From Laetmonice hystrix (taxonomy: Eukaryota), in NCBI GenBank assembly GCA_965235115.1, contig OZ249441.1:7130001-7194000 (forward strand): a DNA stretch of 64,000 bases, given 5' to 3'. The notes below the pieces were generated by a model that was not told the origin of the DNA, made no database searches, and saw nothing but the letters and a program-made list of their open reading frames with translations. The position numbers and the translations under genes were made by a program. Numbering within the stretch: the stretch's first letter is position 1; every line of letters begins with the position of its first letter. This document shows, piece after piece, positions 38,601-50,600 of this stretch.

Positions 38601-41600
38601 CACTGTACCGTAATGGTTTTTGTCCGTTCAGAGTTCCGTTCCCACTTTACCGTAATGTTTTTTGTCCGTTCAGAGGTCCGTTCCCTGCACTGTACCGTAA
38701 TGGTTTTTGTCCATCCAGAGTTCTGTTCCCACTGTACCGTAATGGTTTTTGTCCGTTCAGAGTTCCGTTCCCTGCACTGTACTGTAATGGTTTTTGTCCG
38801 TTCAGAGTTCCGTTCCCTGCACTGTACTGTAATGGTTTTTGTCCGTTCAGAGGTCCGTTCCCTGCACTGTACCGTAATGGTTTTTGTCCGTTCAGAGGTC
38901 CGTTCTCACTTTACCGTAATGGTTTTTGTCCGTTCAGAGTTCCGTTCCCTGCACTGTACTGTAATGTTTTTTGTCCGTTCAGAGTACACGCAGATCGGCG
39001 GCGATGAAGAACTCCCTCTAGGAGAAGAGTTCCAGGAACATCTCAAACGTTTCCTCCGTCCCAGCGAGAAGAAGGTCAATAAACGAATAGAACTTATCAG
39101 AAAGATTGTCGACCAACTGGCGTAAGTATCAGCTTTTTTCATCAGTATTCATTTTGCACATCTAGATTACCAAGTTTTAACAAAAGCGTAATCTTGAAAG
39201 TGTTTTCAAACTTAGTAAATACAGGAATTTCAGTAGTGGTTTCCAACCAGTGAAGATGGCAATACAGATTGATGTATTGTGGTGTTTTTATGTGCATCGA
39301 CAGGGATTATATTGTACCATGGAATAATTTACCTATTGCTATTTACATTCAGATGTTTTCACAGGTAACACCTTAACTTATGATAGTAAATGCCTTTAGG
39401 TATGCTGACTTTGGCGAGGAAACCTTTTGATATGTTACGATATATTAATTTACTGTCACAAACTATTTTAACCATGATGTGTTCATTATAATCTCAATCT
39501 GTTCCAATTCTTATTATTTACGTCAGAAGGTGTATACATATTTTCTGTTAGCGTTTTTTGCCTACAGCGTGACGTCATCAGGGCGGTAGAGAGTATAGAG
39601 GAGCTATGTGCGTCGCGTTTATTTCAGCGGCCTGCTTTGGTATCTAGGTCTAGTTCAGGGAGCTCTTAGACAGCGCCATTAAAACTGCTCCTTCTCACAA
39701 CTTTCAGATACCGTCGTTCCAGGCTAGTACCGGTGTGACAGGAATCCAAGTCCCCCTGAAATGCAGGTCCGACGGACCTGCATTCCTAGGACTATTATTT
39801 AAATATTTCTTCATAATCCTATCCCTAACCTTATCACTAATCCTACTGTATTTTCTTAATTATATTGTCCTACACTACGAAGTTGACCAAGGACCCTTCA
39901 TAACCAAGGAATCCAGGTCCGGCGGACCTTCATTCCGGTGGACTAACATTCCGTTTACACCTGTGGAGGAACCAATGGCACTTCATTGGGTCAACTTAAA
40001 GTTAGAAATTTAAACCTGATTTTCATTTTGTGCGGCAGAATCTCGTCTTCCATGCACCGGAAGTTGACGACGGAGGCGCAGCGGATCGAGCAGGAGGAGT
40101 TGGACATCCGGTGTCTGCAACTTCTCCGGGCAGTCATCCATAACGAAGAACGCAAGCTGCCTGAAGACTGGGAGGAAAATCCGACAGAACACAAAAAGTA
40201 GGTCCTCCCAGCATGACGTCAGCAGAAAAAATAGGTCCTCCCAGCATGAGATCAGCAGGAAAAACTAGGTCCTCCCAGCATGATGTCAGCAGAAAAAAAT
40301 AGATCCTCCCAGAATGACGTCAGCACAAAAACAAGGTCTTCCTGGCGGGAATCAGCAGAAGATGACTTCTGATAACCTTACTTCAACTTTATGGTACACT
40401 TTCTGTCCCTTTGAACGCGATGTAGACTTATGTCGCTTCAATGTCAGTTTAGCCACAGTGTCAGAGGCGTGCGCCATTGAAGGGAAGTGCTTGCGACTCA
40501 AAGAATGACAAACAGCGGCACATGACTGACCAGAAAAATTAGACCTGATAGCTTGGCATCGATACCAATCCCAAAGGCAATACAGAAGGAATGTCCATGC
40601 ACCTCTGTGTTGTACAGGTCTGTCCCATACCTTGGTTCTCTGTAACGGTTGTTCCTGTTCACAGACAGGTGGCGCTGATCCACGAGCTGCAGATGGAAAT
40701 GAACGATATGGGTGCCGTGATCAAAGTGCTGCCTCACCTCGCCCGACCCTCAGATCGTATCGCCAAGGAGGTGCTCGCCTTCGTCTGTATCATGCTCTTC
40801 AATGCCAATTCTAACGTACAGGTGAGGCCAGGCTAGCACACACAACACGTGTGGTCCCAACGGAAACACACTGAGGACAAGTCTCTCTGTGGCGTCACAC
40901 AGGAGACCTATATGTTTTCATGGACGGCAACTTGTATATTCGGGTGTTTAGGAGATAACTGTTTGACTTCAAAATGTTATCCACAGGAGAAGTCTTTGAG
41001 TTGGAAACACAATCAATCGGAAGTAGTATGGTTCTTCAATTTTGAATCATTTAAAATTTTGGTCTGCCAGCCGAGTGTTTGTTAAGTGATGGCTGATCAT
41101 TTCCTGTTAATGCTACATTTCTATGCTCGTTATCCAAAGTATACCATAGCAGTCAACATACATTCCTTATCTTCGCAGTCTTCCCTGCTAACTTACTTCC
41201 TACAAACGCGAGAAGAGAGTTTCTTCGCTGCTATCCGAAACAGAATGCACCTCTCGGCATTAGCAATTAAAGAAAGGTAAGTGTGTCTGAAAGCCCCCCC
41301 CCCCGCCCAAACAGCGCTGAATGTCTTATACATTTGTAGTTGAAATGTGGTTCTGTAAGTTGTCCCCCTACCACAACATGTACTGTGATCATTGGTTGGC
41401 TGGGCCCAGACGGAAGTCACATGACCTGCTCCTTACAGACGCTCGCTGGCGGCACAACAGAGGGCGCGTCAGAAGGAAGTGATGGCACAAACGAAGAGTA
41501 TGCAGAATTCGATTACCATCGGAAAGAAGGCGCTGCAGGTAAGTGCATCCTCACCGGCTGATGTAGAACGTCATGGTAACCCTGACACTCTCAGCATCCG

Positions 41601-44600
41601 GATGGCCTTCAATTTTTAAGATAGGGAAATGACTACTCCAGGAAAGCTGTTGGAGCAATCTTGCAGCCAAATAAATGAGAGGCATTTATATTTTGCATCC
41701 GATGTTTTATTCCGTCTTCCCCACATTGTATCTGCCTGAATAATGAAATCGATTTGTAAAACATTCCAATTCTTGGCCTCGTTATTCTCGGGAAAGCACT
41801 TTCTCCATGAATTGAATACCACCGATGTGTTATCACGGAACGCCAAGCGTTCGATCGTATAGCCAGCTTTGTCTTACGTCATTGTTCCTCCTGCTGCGTG
41901 TACTCCATACTTTGACTGATTCCCACTCTCTTTATGACCTGGCCTCCACTCGCAGGAAATAGAGGCCATAGACAATGCTCTACGGAGGAGTAAATTTGGC
42001 CAAGGGGCAAGTAAAGCCGTGTGCTCTGGCATGGTCTGCATGTTCCTCACTGTTCTAGGAGTACTAAGCAGGGCCAAGCGGAACTCGACGAACCCTGTTC
42101 CTTCAGTTTTCCCTCCACTTTATTGTATGGATATTGCTTGGTTCTGAATGGGATATTTTCCCGGGAATGCGTATGTTTCCAGCCTTGCAAACAGGTTGAC
42201 ACTTTCCAATTTTAGAATTCTTTATCCTCTTTTTTCTTTGAAACTATTTCTTGAACTTAATTGTTTTGGTGGAAATGTTAGACGTCTCAACCTTACAACA
42301 CATCATGACCTGATCTTGGATTGGTCTGGGTGTAAACCACAACAGTTTTTATCTGTGTTCCTCCGTACCTGTCCGTTCCAATATGCTTGTGTTTATTGTG
42401 ACATTGTTGTGTGTCTTACCCCTGAGTTACTCGATGGTGTTCCCAATCTGACAGTAATATTAATCTGTCCAGAGCATACTAATGCTGACTAAAGACTGAG
42501 TCCATTGGCTCTGGCTAGTCGCTCTAAACAGTGTTAAATGATGCAAATTGGAGTGTAGTTGATGCAGAAAACCAACATTTGCAATGTTGTAGGTCTCTTC
42601 CTTTAGTCCTTTAGGGACAACGCTCATTTCTTTGAGTTCTTGCGCATTGAAAAATATGTTCCCTGATTTTGAAGTTCAGTGTTACACGTTTGACAATTAT
42701 TACTTTATTTTGGCATGCAAAGACTTGATATAGTACAACCCATTCCCCTCTGAGGTTCTCCATTAGTTGATATTCTTCTGTATCCCCTTTAATATTTCCC
42801 CGTGTCAAGTGTTACATTGTCAGTTATGTGTTTGACTCCTTGGTAAACATTCATATATGATTCTAACTTATTTGACGGCATAAATTTGACCTGTAGAACC
42901 TAGAATTGATTTCTTACCCATACAAAGTAGAGTTGGCTTTCGTGTCACCATTCTAGACCGCCTTGGCTGTGTTTGCTGCGATCTGGCGGATGTAAAAATC
43001 ATGAAGCTGCACTGACCTGACGTAGTTTTCCTTGTGTCACCTTTGTAAGCTTGTGTAACCTTTGTAACCTTATGTAACCTTTGTAACCTTGCAGCGGAAA
43101 GTCTCGCTGTCTACACTGCAGAGCAAAGCAGCAAAAAGACGCGAAGACAAGAAAAAACAAAACAAGGCACCGAAGAAGAAGAAACCTAAAGAGTCCAAAG
43201 TGAACGGCTTCACGAGCGACAAGATGAAGGATTCACAGACCTTGATAAATGCCGAGCAGATCGAGATGGAACCGATCGAAGTTACGGTCGAACAGGTTAG
43301 GAAAAAAGTAGGCAAAGTACGCTCTAAGTCTGCCCCCACCACGGCATGTCGGCATGGTCCACTGTAGGCGACACATGCCATGCACGGCAGGTATGCTGTC
43401 TGCAACATGCCAGAAGTTTGTGAACTCGAGTCCTGACAACTCGCCACAGTCGGAGGTTGAAACATGTACAGAACGATGTTTCAGGAACGAGGAACACAAA
43501 TCCTTTAGGGTCTGGGGAGATTTGGAAGGAGAGTTTGAGGGAGGGATGTTATACAGCCCTGACAATCCACATTACAAATACTGACAAGGAAGGGGATATC
43601 AGGACTGCTCCTGGTCAATATCTTAGTTAGGCTGGCAGTCAGTATACACACCGTTTTATCAACCTCTGGCCACTAATTCTGCACCTTACACTCTACGTCA
43701 TGACAATATTGTAGATAGAGTAACTAAAGTGGCATGATATTTTTTAATATATGTTAATGATTCAATCATTTTAATAACATACATTTTGTTGACCTTTGGT
43801 TTTCTAGTTAGAAGTTGTTCATAGGTCTAGATACGTTAATTGATAGTCGAACTTTTATACTCACTGCCTAAAGTCTCACTGTTGAACTAGCACCAACACC
43901 ACTATGGCTGCCGTAGATTTCAACTTGTGTCTTATAAACGATTTCACGGTCACAGTCTGCATGTGTTATAATCAATCAATGGTTACCCTTGTATACCGGT
44001 AGGGGGCGGTAGTGGTACTGCCTCTTCCCGTTAGTGCCTGGGTTGACAAAGTAAGAGTAAAATGATTGCTCCAAGCCCTATTTACTTCAAACAGATATAT
44101 ATTTCGTAATGCTACAAGCGATAGTCGGCCTACGTTAAATTAGGTGGTATATTTCCCGTTCATGACAGTTAGACTCGTAGCGCCGCCTGTCGGCCCAGCA
44201 CAGAACCCATTCATGTATTAATCCCATAACATGCCCGTGAATCAGGCTATAGAAGGCGATAGACCATAATTTTGTAGCGTAATAATTACTTATTTCTTCA
44301 TTGAATCATTATTTCTGTGTTTATTATTTGAAGTGTATCTGTGACTTTGTGTCCGACTTGTAGCCAGGCGGGGCCGAGGGTGAGAACGCTGACAACACGG
44401 TGGTGCCAGCCTTCAGTGACGACATGGAAGAAATCGATCAGAAAGACGATGGATACATCGAGTTAGTGTTACGGGTTCTAGCCCGGATGTGCGACGGCCA
44501 GCACCGCGGGTTACAGGTCAGTCAACCAACCGATCTATATCGGTTATCACACCAATCGGACAAAACCATACCTTTTTGGACATCGTTACGTCAAAATGCT

Positions 44601-47600
44601 AACCCGCCCGCTTAAATCTGTTCATTTAAGCTTAAATCCTACTTTACCCAACAGTAACCCATCCATCTGCATACACTGTATCTGTAATCATGATTGTAAA
44701 TCCGTAAAAAGGGGGTTTAACAGTTATACCTTTACCGCGATGTCTTTGAGAGGGTGGAGAGCCTGTAATTTCTTAAACTAGTAATAGTTGCTAACTGTAG
44801 GTTTATGATTTAAAAGGACTATCTGCGTGAGCAACCGGACAACATGAAATCGTTTAACATCGTGGCTGAGACAGCTCAGTTCGTCAATCTGTGCTACTCG
44901 AACGTTAACCCCCAGAACATCGAACTGGTGATACAACTGTTTGAGACACTCAACGAGTTCACAGTGGTACGCTCACATAGACTCTGATCGAAACTTTTAA
45001 TGTCTAGTGTTTAATTAATTATCACTATTCTAAACTCAAACCTCAACCGCCTTGGAAAGCCTTGAATTTGTTGTCACTAAACCTGGAATTTGTCTGGGAT
45101 ATGATCATGGGCGAGTAAACCCATGTTACTACACTAGGTCCTACGGCCCTAACCCATTGTTACTCAAACACCTGATAACTGTTTGTTGCTACCTGCAGGG
45201 AAACCAACACAACCGGTCGGTGATGTTGAACAGTAAGGTGGTTGATTACATCAACTTTATCCTGCGGGCTGGCGAATTCAAGGACTGTCCCATGGAGCAC
45301 GTGAGTACACGTCACTTCCGCCCAGTCACATGTCCTCATGACGTCACGTCCGACCCGTGTATTTGATAAGGAACCCAGCGTTCGGAGGTGTTGATGTCAT
45401 GTAGAGTGTTTATCTTGTAGGTGTTGCAGCTGAAGCACTCCATTGGGAACCTATTGATCTCCCTGATGGAGGAGAATAGCCCAGAGAACCTACAGGTGGC
45501 AAAGGTAAGCCACAAACTCCAGTATGCCTTGCCATTTGATTTCCAAGTATATCTGATATGGGAAACATAATAAATTTATTAGATACATAAACTATATTTT
45601 GTAGAGCTTCCTATGTACTGTCTTGGAGGGCACTCTGAAATGTTATTTCAAAATATGGAGTTTTAATCTTGTAGGAAATCAAGGATACTTTAGATAAGGA
45701 AGCTCTGTACCGATGTATGGCAGGATGCTACGAGATGTCGATGGTAGGTTTTTATTGTTATATTGTTGACCTAACCGAGCAATCGTTTACCGGCTTTGTT
45801 TACTGGGCTGTCGCCAGCTGGCACTCAGACATATGTTGTCATTACTGGCCAGGTTTCTAACCTTGGACCATGTTAAACGTCCGCCATGCCTTGATTCCAT
45901 CATATTTCATGACAACACCATGCAGTTTGCACTAAATAACTGGAAATGTCTTGATCCCATTTCGTTTGAAGAGAATGGAGTATGAACATGAACGCTTTCA
46001 ATTGGAAATACATTTACCATCACATGGATGGAAAATACTGCTCGAGCCTGTGTTTATCCCCAAGTTGATCGTGTGAAAAGAGTCAAGCTCTAAGATTTCC
46101 ATGACTTTCGAGTTGTGTTAACGATTGTCTTTTCGGCCACGATTCTGCTGTTGTATCTGAGATTCACCTATTGGTTTTAATAATACGATACATGATATGT
46201 TGCCCCAGGAACCTATTTTGTCCACCAGCTAGCAGTTCGATGTTTTCACTGAATTTGGTATATTTGATGACCAAGCAGCAATCAGTGCTCACAAAGCAGC
46301 GTCCCATCGTTACACCTTGTTCTAAGTCAGACCCGTAGCGTCCCAGATGGAACTTTTTTTTAGATACTCGCGCGGAGCTATTCTGGCGACCTGCGTCGTT
46401 ATATGACATAATTTCTGACGTCATTTTCCAAGCAGACGATAATGCATTTTGCTTTCTTTCCTGGCGCGCAGCCTGACAGGCCGAAGCTGGAGCTTGTGCC
46501 AAAAGGCGGTAATCTGAACATTGGCATGACGCTACAGTCGGCCAAGAACTTAGCCAAGCTAGGCACCAAAATGTTCTCAAGCAGCCCGGTAAGGCATTTG
46601 GTCGCCATGGTAACACCACATAGTGTGTCGCAGTGTCCATGCGTGCGGTTGTTAGCTGACCTCCCAACCAGTCTCACCAGTAGCCGGCTTCTACATGTAG
46701 ATCAGCCGGACATCAATTATATACAAACAAATCCTCAAGACTCCAGGCAATCCGTCTGAAAGGGTGGCTGTCACTCCACCGCGACTTTGTAAGATCCTAA
46801 CTGGAAGCAGCAGCAATCTGAGGGTGGCAGGATGTCAGCCGACAACCGCTCTCAACTCGCACAAGTACTTTAAACATTTGCCTGAAATTCCAATCGCAGA
46901 ATATAGAGCCATTCATCGGAATAATAACCACATAGTGGTCCAGTCGTAGAGAGTCTTACTTGGTCAGAAACACCAATCCGTAGATTTTTCCAAATGCAAC
47001 GTAGTTCAGGCACTGAATGCATTCTTAAAATAATCTCGCACCCAGTGCATGTAGATATATTAACGCATGTGAAATTCGATTACAAAGGTGCAGTGCAGAC
47101 TTGCATTTTGGTTTTGCTTGTTGATAATCTAACGTGAATTAATTTTGAATTCAGCACATTAGTGACTTTTTTGGTGCATGAATGTTTTTTCTCCGATATG
47201 AAGCTGACTAGGATATTTTCCCCTTGTATTGTCGTATCAAGGAGAGAAAGCTCCAGGAAAATTAGATAACAATATTACACTACATGAGTTCCATGAAATA
47301 CAGGCGACAGTGTTTATTTGTGTTACCAATATTTTGTCTTGGCATAAACCGACCTAAAATGACGCAGTTAAACTGAAGAACGCATGTTCTCCGATGGACC
47401 GATTGGCTTGCCTCTGGTTCTGCACCAAGGTCCAGGATATCGGGATGGTGCATGCTTCCTTTTGTCTATGACGTCATTATATAGACTTTTGTGACTGCAC
47501 TGGATTGTGACGTCAGGGTGTGGCACGATCTTTCCTTCTCGCACATTCCATACCTCACCAATGATAAGTGCGTTAATATTCATCACGTTTGTTCAAGGAC

Positions 47601-50600
47601 AATTGAAAGTGAAGAGAAATACTCTTACCGTCCTCATTGACTTTAAATTTTAGGTTCAAATGGATAAAGTGTATCTGGTTTCGAAGTGCTCATCACAAAC
47701 TTGATAACTGATGCTGCGTAGCTTTTCTATAGATAGTATTAACGCTTGTTATTTGGTTCACCAACATGTCTAGTGGTTAGCTGATGTATAATTCACTTCG
47801 TTCTCCTTGAATAACCAAACTGACCCTGAGTGATTGGCGGAGGTCTCTCCGCCAGCGTCCCAGCCGACGGTGGTGGTGGTGGTGGGAGTGGTGGTGCCGT
47901 GGTGCTGAATCTCCTGTACTAGGCCTATAGATGATGAACACATGCACAGTAACTCACCACCGTACCACCAGTCGCGATACTTATTGTACAGTTCTTGTAC
48001 GGAATGTTATGTCGTTGTCCCATGTTGTGTAGTCCGTAAGATATGCTCCGCATTAGTGGTAAAGGGGCGAGTAATGCACATACCATAGTTTGTAAGTAGA
48101 AGTCAGTGCACCGAACGCGAAGTAGTGCTACGGTTGTGGTACAGACTTGTTTTATTGACTCTCACTCCAAACCTTTGCTAATTATGAAGGAGGAACCCAA
48201 GTCACCTGAAACGAAGGAGAAACTGGACGAGGTTGGATTTGTTTACTTCCTCATCCTGGCCAGAATGCACGACATCGACCCGAAATTGGTTAAAACAGGT
48301 GAAAACAACAAGTTTACATTCCAAACCCAGGAACTCCGCGGGTCCTTAAACATCTCGAAAAGCCTTGCGTTTGCAAAGAAAGATTCAAGGCTTGTAACCT
48401 CTGTGAAATGAGAGCTTACATACATTAGATAACATCCCAGGGTTGGCGCTATAACCTTTTGAATACATGTACTGCCCTCCGTCTCGTCATGAATGGCCGT
48501 GAAATTCTCGCCATATCAGCCTTAAACAAAATTGAAAAGTGTTAAATTTGAGAGTCTGAAGCCACGGCGAATCTAAGTATACTGAGGATTGATCTAAATC
48601 TGTGTCATTCTGTAGTCTCTTTGATAGATTTTCGGTATTAATTTTTGGTTGTTTGATTCAGCTGAGACCACGGTGACGCCTGTACAGCAGGAAGCCTACA
48701 ACCACTACAAGAAAAACACGATGTCGATAGAGCTGCTCAAAGATGATCATCTACAGAAAGTCAACTTCAGGGTGAAAAATAAGGTACATAATGGGCGTTA
48801 AAACCCAGGGGCGTGATGGGGGGGGGCAAACTTTCAAGATGAAAGATTGAAACCCCCCCCGTCCTAATATTGTGCACCATCCCTTTGATATATGAGATGG
48901 TTAAGTGTTAACTATTACCGCGCCAGCCGTCCGTAACCGCCGGCGCTTATATTGTCAATGTGGACCGGCGCCTATACTATGGCCTGGCGCTTATATCATG
49001 ATCTGGCGCCTACCTTAGTTATGGTAGAGTTTATTAAAGTCTTGGGTTTCCGTTACTATAGTTTCCTATTCAGTTTGCTGTGTTTGTGTTACTGATGAAC
49101 AGTGTCGTTGTTGTTGTCCCGCAGAACGTTTTAAGGGACGAGGTAAAAGAGAAGATGATATGGAGCGTTGACCGTTCCTCTCCAAGCAACAAGATTCGAG
49201 ATCTGATGAAATGGTCCAAGGACATCCTCAGGGACATCTACTACCAACGCAAAATTCTCTCCAATCCACTGTCTACTTTCCTGACAAAGAATTGGTACAA
49301 CCATGCTCTATTATATGCAGATTAAATCCACTGGCATTTTTGTAATGTTCAAGGAAGACTCCGCCAAGTAAAGGCCAAAACCATTCATATTTCGGCGGAC
49401 GGCATTTGCGGCACAAATCAATGCCAGCTTTTGATCGCTAAAGTTTGTTGTATTAAATGTAGTAGAAATATAAATAGAAAATACAATAGGTATTTCTATT
49501 GTAACTGTCGAAGGACTGAGTAGACAAACAGTTAGGATTAAATGATTTCATTGAGAAGCCTTTTATCTCCTCATGTCTGTGCTGTGTTTGTTCAGGCTGT
49601 TTTGGAACCGCATGGTGATTCTCCTGAGTGTTGCCATCAACGTGCTAATGCTCGTGACGTGGAACGCCCGGGCTTCCCTCGGCAGTGACGGCATGTCTAG
49701 TAACGAAAGCTACGTCCCGCCTGCCATCTTTGAGTGAGTACAGTTCAATCCAAGTCCTGTCTGCCATCTTTGAGTGAGGACAGTTCATTCCACGTCCTGT
49801 CTGTCATCATTGAGTGAGTACAGTTCATTCCACGTCCCACCTGCCATCTTTGAGTGAGTACAGTTCATTCCACGTCCCACCTGCCATCTTTGAGTGAGTA
49901 CAGTTCATTCCCCGTCCTGTCTGCCACCTTTGAGTGAGGACAGTTCATTCCACGTCCCACCTGCCATCTTTGAGTGAGGACAGTTCATTCCACGTCCTGT
50001 CTGCCATCTTTGAGTGAGGACAGTTCATTCCACGTCCTGTCTGCCATATTTTAGTGAGTACAGTTCATTCCACGTCCCACCTGCCATCTTTGAGTGAGTA
50101 CAGTTCATTCCACGTCCTGTCTGCCATCTTTGAGTGAGTACAGTTCATTCCACGTCCTGTCTGCCATCTTTGAGTGAGGACAGTTCATTCCACGTCCTGT
50201 CTGCCATTTTTGAGTGAGGACAGTTCATTCCACGTCCTGTCTGCCATCTTTGAGTGAGTACAGTTCATTCCACGTCCCACCTGCCATCTTTGAGTGAGTA
50301 CAGTTCATTCCACGTCCTGTCTGCCATCTTTGAGTGAGTACAGTTCATTCCACGTCCCACCTGCCATCTTTGAGTGAGGACAGTTCATTCCACGTCCTGT
50401 CTGCCATCTTTGAGTGAGTACAGTTCATTCCACGTCCCACCTGCCATCTTTGAGTGAGTACAGTTCATTCCACGTCCTGTCTGCCATCTTTGAGTGAGTA
50501 CAGTTCATTCCACGTCCCACCTGCCATCTTTGAGTGAGGACAGTTCATTCCCCGTCCTGCCTGCCATCTTTGAGTGAATAGAGTAACGTCCCACCTGCCA

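Noticed and set aside
40661-44367. Tandem acceptors acag|acag (40665) and tag|ccag (44364)
   Set aside because: The alternative sites are 4 nt apart and would frameshift; only one choice keeps the ORF.
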